Part shown: one piece after another, positions 9,194 to 17,402 of the stretch
How positions within the stretch are numbered: position 1 is the first letter of the stretch
How the letters are laid out: each line of letters begins with the position of its first letter
Made by a program: the position numbers and the translations under genes
IMG/VR virus record: IMGVR_UViG_3300023084_000003
Length of the DNA stretch: 64,000 nt
Strand: one strand, 5' to 3'
From: a virus
Notes under the pieces: generated by a model
What the model was told of the DNA's origin: nothing
Seen by the model: only the letters and a program-made list of their open reading frames with translations
The model's database searches: none

Positions 9194-10237
9194 TTAACCT
9201 CTCAAGAAATTCTCAAATGCTTTAAGCGGCATTCTCAATATATAAGTTGCATTATCCTGCCAACCAAATGAAATCAAAATATCTTGATCTAAAATAGCAG
9301 CACCGGTTACAAACTCAATATTGTAATCGGTATTCTTTACATGATCGTAATATGTTCCTAGAAAGTGGAAACTTCTCGACACATGAACAATGTTCCAATC
9401 ATTATCCCATATTACAACTCTGTGGTTATAACAACCATCTTTTCTTTGAAAAGGATCTCGTAGTAGATTTGTTTCATGAACAATCGCCATTCTTTGCTGG
9501 TCATTGATACGAATTACTTGGGAACCACCTCTAAAATCAAATTGACTGTACTCTTTATATTTGTCCGGATCATTAACAACATCTACGCATGTTCTTTCTT
9601 CAATATCGTATTTTACAAGCTGGGTGGGATTGGTCCATTTTACAAAATGGAATGGCATATCATTTACCGGCATCCAGTTCTTTTCGCAATAACTTTCATC
9701 ACCATTTGGTGCAGGAATAGGATTACGAGATACTTCTTTCCATTCACCGTCAATAAACTCGATCTCTTGCATTTCCATGCGGCCTTTGCCTTTATCATCG
9801 TAACAGTCGCGACGAACACCGCATAGGAATAGACGATCGTCCCACTCAAATAGTCGGCAATCTTCTAGTCCAATAAAGTTCCACGTAGGTTTAGTATCGA
9901 AGGCAGATGTATTCACACGCTGAGCATTGAGCAGATCTAAATCATTATTAAGCTCGCACATAACATTGTATGTTGTAAGACTCACATCATTTTCTGGATG
10001 TACATACACCAAAGGACCCCACTGGTGGGGATACTTTTTACCTTCTGAATGATAGAGAATATAGTTGACGTGACGTATGTTTAAAAGAATCTTTCCCTTA
10101 TGAAGGAAAATAGATGGATTCATTAAACCGGTTTCGCCGTGAGATCCTAAAACTTCCGTTGGCAGGATAACCGGTTTAATTGTTCCGCCTCTTTTAAGGG
10201 CATAGGTGGCTAGGCCTCCTGTGTACAGATCATGCAT
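9194..10237 (-). CDS. Five-bladed beta-propeller glycosidase/phosphorylase-like protein (GH130-like)
   Basis: NPSIF, GLEDCRLF, EKNWMP, RGGSQ motifs recurring in this family. Confidence 0.65.
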   Translation of the reverse strand: MHDLYTGGLATYALKRGGTIKPVILPTEVLGSHGETGLMNPSIFLHKGKILLNIRHVNYILYHSEGKKYPHQWGPLVYVHPENDVSLTTYNVMCELNNDLDLLNAQRVNTSAFDTKPTWNFIGLEDCRLFEWDDRLFLCGVRRDCYDDKGKGRMEMQEIEFIDGEWKEVSRNPIPAPNGDESYCEKNWMPVNDMPFHFVKWTNPTQLVKYDIEERTCVDVVNDPDKYKEYSQFDFRGGSQVIRINDQQRMAIVHETNLLRDPFQRKDGCYNHRVVIWDNDWNIVHVSRSFHFLGTYYDHVKNTDYNIEFVTGAAILDQDILISFGWQDNATYILRMPLKAFENFLRG

Positions 10238-10262
10238 CTTAACTCCATAATATAAAATTCAC

Positions 10263-10601
10263 TTAGTTCCAAGCAGGTTTAAAAGAACTCCTTGTTGCTC
10301 TATTAGTATTTATCTTATCCTGCAAAGTCTTATTCATGATTGCGACATCACCGTCTGTCATGTTAGATTCAATCCATGAAACAACATGAGATTTTTGTAC
10401 TGCAGATAGTGCAATAAAATCTTCAGCCAAAGTGCTTGAAGCTGAAACATGGGTAACACCTTTGTAACTTGCTTCTGTACCGTCATCGTCAACAGCTCTG
10501 CGTTTCCAGTCAATTCTTACAATAGAATCTGAAAGGCTGGAACCATCAGAGCTCGTTTCCTCTTGCGTGGTGAGCTTGAGTATTTCCCAAGAATAGTTCA
10601 T
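10263..10601 (-). CDS. Conserved phage hypothetical protein (DUF7936-like), paralogue of 10609..11007
   Basis: MNYSWEI..L...D.IV.I.WKR...D.DG....Y.G...FI....V....VVSWI pattern shared with neighbour. Confidence 0.55.
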   Translation of the reverse strand: MNYSWEILKLTTQEETSSDGSSLSDSIVRIDWKRRAVDDDGTEASYKGVTHVSASSTLAEDFIALSAVQKSHVVSWIESNMTDGDVAIMNKTLQDKINTNRATRSSFKPAWN

Positions 10602-10608
10602 TATTCAC

Positions 10609-11007
10609 CTATTCTGCTGGTGCGTCTGGATCTGCGTCAGATTGCGCTGGTGCTTCTTCTGCTACTACCCAAGGAGGGTTACGATCTTCTTCTAAGCCAG
10701 CGTCAATTTGTTTTTGAATTTGTTCATCAATATGAGCTTTATAAGTTGAGTCTGCATCAATTACTGCATTGATCCAACCTACTACAGTAGCTTCTTCAAG
10801 ATCTTCAAAAGCTACGAAAGAACCAGCAGGCACGTTTTCTGCTGTAAAAGGAGTTGCGCCTGAAAAGGTACCTTCGTTGCCGTCTGCATCCGTTCCTGTG
10901 CGTTTCCAATATGTTTGAACAACAGCGTTGCTTAGAGTAACGCCTTCGCTGTTTACCTGATCTCTAACCTTCAGGTTAGTAACAGTTGTGCTGTATGAGA
11001 AAGCCAT
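10609..11007 (-). CDS. Conserved phage hypothetical protein (DUF7936-like)
   Basis: VVQTYWKRTGTDADGNEGTFSG...FVAFEDLEEATVVGWI; GGAG RBS; late promoters upstream. Confidence 0.55.
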   Translation of the reverse strand: MAFSYSTTVTNLKVRDQVNSEGVTLSNAVVQTYWKRTGTDADGNEGTFSGATPFTAENVPAGSFVAFEDLEEATVVGWINAVIDADSTYKAHIDEQIQKQIDAGLEEDRNPPWVVAEEAPAQSDADPDAPAE

Positions 11008-11041
11008 TATTTCATCTCCATTTTGGTTAAGTTGACAACCT

Positions 11042-11085
11042 TATTTATTTGATTGCTTTATTTATGGTACTCTGTCTTATTTATA
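11042..11085 (-). promoter_or_regulatory. Three tandem late promoter boxes (TATAAATA 11078-85; CATAAATA 11059-66; AATAAATA 11042-49)
   Basis: Three TTATTTAT copies on + in the 82-nt intergenic gap; one is the exact T4 late consensus. Confidence 0.75.
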
Positions 11086-11089
11086 TGTT

Positions 11090-11650
11090 TTAACCTCTAT
11101 ACAAATAAAGATCTACGGGAACACATATTCGTAATGACGAATAATACGGGTTAACATGATGATATGTAAAACTTGGAAATATCATAAAATCTCCAGTTTC
11201 TGGTTGGTGGTGATGTCTTTCAAACATAGGATCAAACCACTCATCATATCCTCTATTAGCATTACTTCTTGGATCTGAGAAAACGATATCCCCACCAGAA
11301 CTCCGATCCTCTGCTAATACATAAAAGACTGCCGACAAATGAGCTCCGGAATGATTATGAATTGTCATAGAATAATCTTTGCCGTGGCCGGTTATCCATC
11401 CTTTCATCTCATACTGGCGATAGTCTGTAATCTTTTTACCTATAGTTTTCTTCAAATACTCATCAAACTTTTGATAAACCATCTCTTCAAAGTCAATAAT
11501 AACATCCGAGCCGTCATCCATAATGTTATAGCCGCCAAGATCGCTAGGCGGTGATTGCAAATCATACTCAGTAAGAATATGCTCAGCAAGACCGGGCACA
11601 TTAAACTTACCTTTTGCTACTTGAGTAGGCCATAAGTTTTCAATAATCAT
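11090..11650 (-). CDS. Putative Fe(II)/2OG oxygenase (2OG-FeII_Oxy_5 / TIGR02466-like)
   Basis: HNHSGAHLSAVFYV...GGDIVFSDPR...PETGDFMIFPSFTYHHV...R. The track start is 11683; the ATG at 11650 (MIIENLW), right after the upstream stop, is more plausible. Confidence 0.8.
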   Translation of the reverse strand: MIIENLWPTQVAKGKFNVPGLAEHILTEYDLQSPPSDLGGYNIMDDGSDVIIDFEEMVYQKFDEYLKKTIGKKITDYRQYEMKGWITGHGKDYSMTIHNHSGAHLSAVFYVLAEDRSSGGDIVFSDPRSNANRGYDEWFDPMFERHHHQPETGDFMIFPSFTYHHVNPYYSSLRICVPVDLYLYRG

Positions 11651-11651
11651 A

Positions 11652-12347
11652 TCACACCTGCGCCGGATCGTAGCCACTTTCATGGCCTTCTGTTTTCACA
11701 CCATTATAAGTCATGATTCTTTCCACATCCGGGTGAATTGACAGGTTACAAACTACAGTTACTCTTTCATTACCAAAGTATTGAGTGACATTGTGCCAGA
11801 TATAAGTTGGGACAATAACCATTCTTCGAGCTCTCGTATCCACCTCATAGATCTGAGGATTTCTCATGCCGGGATTTGTATGAAATGACGGATCCCAAAG
11901 TTGTAGTACTCCGCCTTCCTTATCATTATCAACATCATCTAAGTAGAATAAACCATATGCTAATGAACCAGGATGTGTATGCAAAGCAATATAATCGCCT
12001 TCTTTCATGACAGGCATTTGCCCATGTTGGTTTGCTATCATTTCATCGATTTGTTGTTTTGTAAGAGTATTACCTTCATACGATTCAGCGAGCTCAAGAA
12101 AACCTTTTTTAAACTCTTCTCTCACCTTATCTAAGACTGGAAACAGCTTAATGTTTTCTTCTGTAAATAAAGGAAAAGGATCTGAGTTTACATGATATCC
12201 TGGCTCTCCAATGCCGTGCTCATAATGATGAGTCCATGTAGCATGAGCACATATTCTTAGTTCATCCATTTCTTCGTCTGTAAAAGGAAGATTATCTTTA
12301 ATTAAAATGTGAGTTGGATGAATTTTTACAATACTTGGATTATCCAT
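11652..12347 (-). CDS. Putative Fe(II)/2OG oxygenase (2OG-FeII_Oxy_5-like)
   Basis: HTHPGSLAYGLFYL...GGVLQLWDP...MVIVPTYIWHNV...RVTVVCN. Confidence 0.78.
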   Translation of the reverse strand: MDNPSIVKIHPTHILIKDNLPFTDEEMDELRICAHATWTHHYEHGIGEPGYHVNSDPFPLFTEENIKLFPVLDKVREEFKKGFLELAESYEGNTLTKQQIDEMIANQHGQMPVMKEGDYIALHTHPGSLAYGLFYLDDVDNDKEGGVLQLWDPSFHTNPGMRNPQIYEVDTRARRMVIVPTYIWHNVTQYFGNERVTVVCNLSIHPDVERIMTYNGVKTEGHESGYDPAQV

Positions 12348-12351
12348 ATTT

Positions 12352-12855
12352 TCACCTTTCCATAATATTAAATTCTATATTTGCCACATCTCTATTTATA
12401 GTCTTTTTTAAGTTTATCACTCTATGCCTAAATTCGTCCGTTTGATTTAAAACCACGATATCATATTTCTTTGGATATATTGTAACACGATTGGGTGAAT
12501 TTTCTCTTTTGATTTCAATCCCGCCACCAGTTGATTCATCCATGTCTGTTAAATACATTAAGAAAGCTATATTAGATCCTTCTATATGATCTGTGTGCCA
12601 TGTATCTGTTTGTTGATCTATACCTCTCCAAGCATCTACATTACCAAAAATAGAATCTTTGTCTTTTAAAATTAAACGATTTATTTTCTTTTGAGTTTTT
12701 CTTAAAAGCCACAAACCTATTGGCCAATAATGAATTGGATATTTCGCTCCATGATTCTTTATCATTGGACATCTATAGAACCACTTTAAATAAGTAAAGA
12801 GTCGTGGATCATTAAAATGATCGTATCCTTCTATTTGTAGCTTTTCATAATTCAT
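12352..12855 (-). CDS. Fe(II)/2OG dioxygenase (prolyl-hydroxylase-like)
   Basis: WHTD...FLMYLTD....GGGIEI...VVLNQTDEFRHRV: HxD...H facial triad and downstream Arg. Confidence 0.8.
   Translation of the reverse strand: MNYEKLQIEGYDHFNDPRLFTYLKWFYRCPMIKNHGAKYPIHYWPIGLWLLRKTQKKINRLILKDKDSIFGNVDAWRGIDQQTDTWHTDHIEGSNIAFLMYLTDMDESTGGGIEIKRENSPNRVTIYPKKYDIVVLNQTDEFRHRVINLKKTINRDVANIEFNIMER
12393..12400 (-). promoter_or_regulatory. Possible embedded late promoter TATAAATA
   Basis: Exact consensus inside the 3' end of the upstream CDS, 46 nt before the ATG at 12347; could be chance. Confidence 0.4.
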
Positions 12856-13262
12856 TCATCTACAGATTCTAAAATCTCTTCTTTGTAATATTCATATATA
12901 TCCGGCACCATACCAGTCATATCAACTTCACCGATAGCATCAAGAATAGCATCATATGTATAACGATCTTCATCGTATGGAACAAAGTAAGGATCGTGCG
13001 GTAATAGTTCTGAGTCGTTTAATGTATCATAGAAATCTTCTTCAAAATCATCACCAATCCATGTCGCATAACAAATCGCTACTACATAAGATTTAGATGG
13101 GTAGATCCATTCATCTACATATTCTTCGAAGTGGCGAACTGCTTCTGTAATAATATCCTCGCCTTCTACTAAATTAATTTCTACGTCTCTCAGATCATCT
13201 TTATATTCTGCATCTCCGTTGACCATACTGAAATATTGCTGCCTGATTTTCCATTCTTTCAT
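12852..13262 (-). CDS. Hypothetical acidic protein in the radical SAM cluster
   Basis: 136 aa, overlaps both neighbours (4 nt and 1 nt); YPSKSYVVAICYA motif. Confidence 0.7.
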   Translation of the reverse strand: MKEWKIRQQYFSMVNGDAEYKDDLRDVEINLVEGEDIITEAVRHFEEYVDEWIYPSKSYVVAICYATWIGDDFEEDFYDTLNDSELLPHDPYFVPYDEDRYTYDAILDAIGEVDMTGMVPDIYEYYKEEILESVDE

Positions 13263-14008
13263 TATGCCTCGTATTCCTTTAGTAATTGTGCCTTATCACA
13301 AAAATCTAGATATGCACTGGTGACTTTATAGTGATTATAGAAAAATAACTTCTTAATTCTTTCCCATATGTTTCTTTCTACCATTGGGTAACCAAACGTA
13401 AATACGATTGATTCGTAATGAGTATATTCACGATTCATTTGAATATTCCAAAACTTGGTAAGATCCTCGTCGGTGTATGGTTTATCTCTCCTGTCTGCAA
13501 TAGGAGAGTTAGCGAACGAGAAATCATCGTAAACTATATGTAGGTGTATTGCGTCAGACCACCAAGGTACTGGTTTCTTTGGCCTTTCGACTGTATTTAT
13601 TGCGTTGTCATACCAGTAAATATCACAACCAAGTTTATTCACTTCTTCTATAAATTCTTGCTTCTGCTCTTTTGTATTAAATACGACTCCTATATACCTG
13701 TGTCTGGAATCGTCGTGGCCTTGACAACTTGTGTATGTCAAGTAGCCTTTCTTATGTAACTCAAGTACTGCCCTCTTCACACCGGGCTCTAAATTTTTAT
13801 CGATTATATCTGAGTACTGACTTACAAATGTGCTTACATATTGCCCAAGATGATCTCGGAACATGTAAGTTCTTCCGTTGACGAGATGTAGATTACCTTT
13901 TTCAAACATAGCATAACGATGACCATCTTCTACACTTCGTAAATGAGGATCGTCTTTTCTGCTATATTCTTGTTGATACTGTACTCTATACTCGTACTGC
14001 GTCTTCAT
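13262..14008 (-). CDS. Hypothetical protein in the radical SAM cluster
   Basis: 248 aa, overlaps neighbours; contains GYLTYTSCQGH. Confidence 0.7.
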   Translation of the reverse strand: MKTQYEYRVQYQQEYSRKDDPHLRSVEDGHRYAMFEKGNLHLVNGRTYMFRDHLGQYVSTFVSQYSDIIDKNLEPGVKRAVLELHKKGYLTYTSCQGHDDSRHRYIGVVFNTKEQKQEFIEEVNKLGCDIYWYDNAINTVERPKKPVPWWSDAIHLHIVYDDFSFANSPIADRRDKPYTDEDLTKFWNIQMNREYTHYESIVFTFGYPMVERNIWERIKKLFFYNHYKVTSAYLDFCDKAQLLKEYEA

Positions 14009-14921
14009 TATACCATTCTAGTAGGTTGAAATAACCGTTGCAACCGTTTTGTTTTGGTGGGAATGCTACAAATTTGTAGTGCTCGGTTAAACACTTTCCA
14101 AAATATTTGCATTGCCTACATATATCTGATACACCACTGTTCTTTTCTTTTACGGTCCATTGTTCATATTCTAGAAAGGATTCCAGTTCCGTAAAGCTTT
14201 CGTTACCAAGTAAGTCGAAATCCAATACACCAAACTTGCCGTTAGGAGTAATATACACATGATCATCGCTAAAGGCGTTATAATTGCCATCTAAACATTC
14301 CTCTATCTTATCTTGATTTATGAATTGAAAGTTCTTCTCAATAGGACTATCAATCCATTTCATAATAAACTCTTCGTATTCAAGATCAGTAACATACTGC
14401 TTACGATGAGTTGTAGAGCTGAATGGTTTAATCTCTACAGCAATCAGATTGCCTAGAGTGTTAAACATATTAATCATATAGTCTACATCTTCATTTATAA
14501 CATATTCTGATGCTAATGTCAATACCGAAAATGGTCTATTTAACTTAAGCATATTACCGAACACGATCATCTCTTTCTCGCGAGCACCAAAATCATATGA
14601 TACAGATAGATCAATATCTTCTCTAAGAAATGATTTACGTATTGCAGAAAGATTGGTAATAATCGAGATCGTACATTCGTATTTATCTTTGATTCTATCG
14701 ATCAAATCATCTAAATATGTATCAGGTAGAATACCAATCTCACCACCATAAAGATCGATGTGTGTCACAGTAGGCTTAATCTCACTTAATCGTGCCATAA
14801 TTGTGTCAATAGATGTAGTTGTTCTGTCACGTAGTTGTTCTTTACTTAGATAGCAGAAATCACAATTAAAGTTACAAAAATAGGTAGGGTTAATCGATAC
14901 TGAGAACATCAATTTCCTCAT
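13986..14921 (-). CDS. Radical SAM enzyme with C-terminal Cys cluster (degenerate SPASM-like)
   Basis: CNFNCDFC (CX3CX2C), YGGE motif; C-terminal CRQCKYFGKCLTEH...GCNG. Confidence 0.88.
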   Translation of the reverse strand: MRKLMFSVSINPTYFCNFNCDFCYLSKEQLRDRTTTSIDTIMARLSEIKPTVTHIDLYGGEIGILPDTYLDDLIDRIKDKYECTISIITNLSAIRKSFLREDIDLSVSYDFGAREKEMIVFGNMLKLNRPFSVLTLASEYVINEDVDYMINMFNTLGNLIAVEIKPFSSTTHRKQYVTDLEYEEFIMKWIDSPIEKNFQFINQDKIEECLDGNYNAFSDDHVYITPNGKFGVLDFDLLGNESFTELESFLEYEQWTVKEKNSGVSDICRQCKYFGKCLTEHYKFVAFPPKQNGCNGYFNLLEWYNEDAVRV

Positions 14922-15942
14922 TCACATATGGGGTTACACTGTTTGGATCTAATCCGTTAATTTCTAAAATACGAGGGGCAAGAGATTTCATGTGTTTGCA
15001 ATGAGATTCTGCTTGCCCTTCTCGCTTCATATCACGCACTGTTTTTTTACAGCCATTACATATTTCAAACATAGGACAACTATAACAGGCTTGCTTTAAT
15101 GTTTGAATATTAAAGTCATCTTGTAGTGGAGTGGAAAATCCTCCGTTTAACTCATGTTCAAAGGAGATAGGATAATCCCTATCATCACCAAAGGAACCAC
15201 AAGAATAGTAATCGCCTCCAGGATTGAAGGCCCGTATGTGTTCGTCGCATCGACGATTTTGTGGACAACTTGTTGCATTACCTTTTAACCTCCGCATCAT
15301 TTGCTTGGTATTATATTCCCACTTCCACAGACCTCGATCGTAAATTTCGACGTAAGTCTCATAAATCTTACTTAGTCTGTAAGTGGACCCTTGTATACCA
15401 GAGGCCATAGCATAATTGAGTTTGCATTCGACATCCATTTCCTTAGCAAGCTCAACATTACGAATAGCATCTGGTGCATCTTCATCAGTCATAACTGCAA
15501 TAAAATCTGGACGATATCCAACAAGATCTAGCATCTTATTCGATGCCAACCAGAAATCTTTCTCTGTGAAGATTGTGTAATCGCCTTTTAAACGACCTTT
15601 ACCATATTGGAAACTGGTACATATTCCTAGACGTGGGTGGCGAAACAAATCTATCCACTTCTCTGGCTTTACAACAAAAGGCCATAAATTGGTTGTGAAA
15701 CTAATATTCGCAGGATAGTCATGCTCATCTAAATGATCTATAATCTTCCAATAATAACTAGGTTCCACCATCAAAGGGTCGCCACCATTTACGATAATGG
15801 TGCGAGTGTGAGGATACCTCTTTAAAAATTTGAAAATATAATCATGATCCAAAAGCTTTGCTTTATTCGGATCAATATCTGTAGACGAACAGAAAGTACA
15901 CTTAAAGTTGCAAGCTTCTGTCGGCTTTATTATTAGTTCCAT
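14890..15942 (-). CDS. Radical SAM/SPASM-domain enzyme
   Basis: IKPTEACNFKCTFC, NGGDPL, FTTNL; C-terminal CPQNRRC...GDYYSCG...CYSCPMFEICNGC...HC. Confidence 0.92.
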   Translation of the reverse strand: MELIIKPTEACNFKCTFCSSTDIDPNKAKLLDHDYIFKFLKRYPHTRTIIVNGGDPLMVEPSYYWKIIDHLDEHDYPANISFTTNLWPFVVKPEKWIDLFRHPRLGICTSFQYGKGRLKGDYTIFTEKDFWLASNKMLDLVGYRPDFIAVMTDEDAPDAIRNVELAKEMDVECKLNYAMASGIQGSTYRLSKIYETYVEIYDRGLWKWEYNTKQMMRRLKGNATSCPQNRRCDEHIRAFNPGGDYYSCGSFGDDRDYPISFEHELNGGFSTPLQDDFNIQTLKQACYSCPMFEICNGCKKTVRDMKREGQAESHCKHMKSLAPRILEINGLDPNSVTPYVNEEIDVLSID

Positions 15943-16963
15943 TCAATAATTCCATCATCAAAGTTTTAGGTGCAGGACAAACGTCACCTTGCCATTCAAG
16001 TTGGTGGCAGTCGGAGTGGCAATAGGCAAATACCGGACACGAATAGCAACGTGGATCTCTTATGACTTGTTCGTCGATAATTACCTTTTGCCGCCCCTTG
16101 CTATTTATAACGTCTTCTACTGATTGTTTAATATTGCCATAATGATCGGTAGGAGCAGCGTTAGGGCAGCCAGCAATAGTACCATCCGCATTAATCGTAA
16201 ATAATTTTTGTTCACAATCTCTGCAAAACGTTCCTTGGTGTAAGAGTCCTTTTTCAAATTTGTTATAGACCGTTTCCATGAAGACATCTTCAAACTCCTC
16301 TCTTATATCATAACATTCCTCATATGCTCTCATAAAGAAATCTTGAAGTGCTGCATTCGTAGGATAAAGCTTTTCGCCATATAACAAAGCATTACCATTA
16401 CCGGTAATACGTTCCCAAGATATTTCCGTGATGCCAAGACCTCTCAAATAATCAATCATTTCTCGAGGAGACCTATTGACAACGTCCTTAGATAATGATA
16501 CAAATGCTTTAAGAATGAATCCTTGATCTACTAAGAATCTTACGTTGTCTTCCCAAAGCTTTTCTTGCTTTTCATTTGCAAAGCGTATTGTTGGATCCCA
16601 TGATGTTCCAATACGTTTACCTGTCATTACACGAGAAAAGAAATCTAATCTATCATCTGTTAACTTATATGTAAGATTAGTTGTAATACCGAATGAACCT
16701 CTTACGCCCCATACGCTTTGTACTCTATTATAGAATTCAAATAGATCTTCGGTTTTAGCAAGCATAGGCTCGCCACCGTGATATTCAAAGTGGCATATTT
16801 TTGTGCCATCATATAACTGATTAACCCAGTTAGCGGTAGCCACTGGGTCAAAGTATATTTTAGCTCCGTTGATTCCGCTTGTAAAGCAGTGGAAGCAATT
16901 TAAGTTACACGTCTCCGTGGTCTTGACGTATACACTCAGATTGCTCTGTATCGGACAAACCAT
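15902..16963 (-). CDS. Radical SAM/SPASM-domain enzyme
   Basis: KTTETCNLNCFHC, YHGGEPML, TTNL; CRDC...DGTIAGCP...CYSCPVFAYCHSDC (CX2CX5CX3C)...C. Confidence 0.92.
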   Translation of the reverse strand: MVCPIQSNLSVYVKTTETCNLNCFHCFTSGINGAKIYFDPVATANWVNQLYDGTKICHFEYHGGEPMLAKTEDLFEFYNRVQSVWGVRGSFGITTNLTYKLTDDRLDFFSRVMTGKRIGTSWDPTIRFANEKQEKLWEDNVRFLVDQGFILKAFVSLSKDVVNRSPREMIDYLRGLGITEISWERITGNGNALLYGEKLYPTNAALQDFFMRAYEECYDIREEFEDVFMETVYNKFEKGLLHQGTFCRDCEQKLFTINADGTIAGCPNAAPTDHYGNIKQSVEDVINSKGRQKVIIDEQVIRDPRCYSCPVFAYCHSDCHQLEWQGDVCPAPKTLMMELLNGTNNKADRSLQL

Positions 16964-17402
16964 AACTAAACATTAATCCTTCTCGTACATTCAATGCTCT
17001 GTGAGGAGTATCTGCGGGTATTTGCCAAAAGTCTCCCTCCTCAAGATTATGAATAACGTCGTTCACTTCAATTGTTTTATGACCAGCACTTACATGTAAT
17101 AATACATCAACTGGGTCGGTATGTACACCAAAACTTGGCGATTCTTTCCAGTATCTAAAAGCATGAATGGTGCCTTCTTTAAAGCCACAAACGTGTTCGA
17201 TACCTTCAACCTTTATTGTATCATTAGATTCTGCAAGCTTTACTTGTACCTTTGCTAAGTACTCATTGTAGTCATCTGATACTATTTTAACATCTTTTCC
17301 ACGATTGTCAATATATAATGTGCGATCATACATATAAGCTTCATGGCTTAGTACGTATTCTTCAAAGTCTTCGTAGGACCATTTTAAATTAGGCAGTTGC
17401 AT
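16905..17402 (-). CDS. JmjC/cupin Fe(II)/2OG oxygenase-like protein
   Basis: SFGVHTDPVDVL...G.K....LEEGDFWQIPADTPHRA: HxD...H with cupin motif, as in ROXA/NO66-type cores. Confidence 0.75.
   Translation of the reverse strand: MQLPNLKWSYEDFEEYVLSHEAYMYDRTLYIDNRGKDVKIVSDDYNEYLAKVQVKLAESNDTIKVEGIEHVCGFKEGTIHAFRYWKESPSFGVHTDPVDVLLHVSAGHKTIEVNDVIHNLEEGDFWQIPADTPHRALNVREGLMFSYGLSDTEQSECIRQDHGDV

Noticed and set aside
13710-13760. TYTSCQGH as a TYW3-like methyltransferase motif
   Set aside because: Only a short partial resemblance to TSSCSGR, with no other supporting features.
15985-16035. CHSDCHQ in the 353-aa radical SAM resembling the precursor motif
   Set aside because: It is the CX3C part of the canonical SPASM CX2CX5CX3C motif; the resemblance is probably coincidental.
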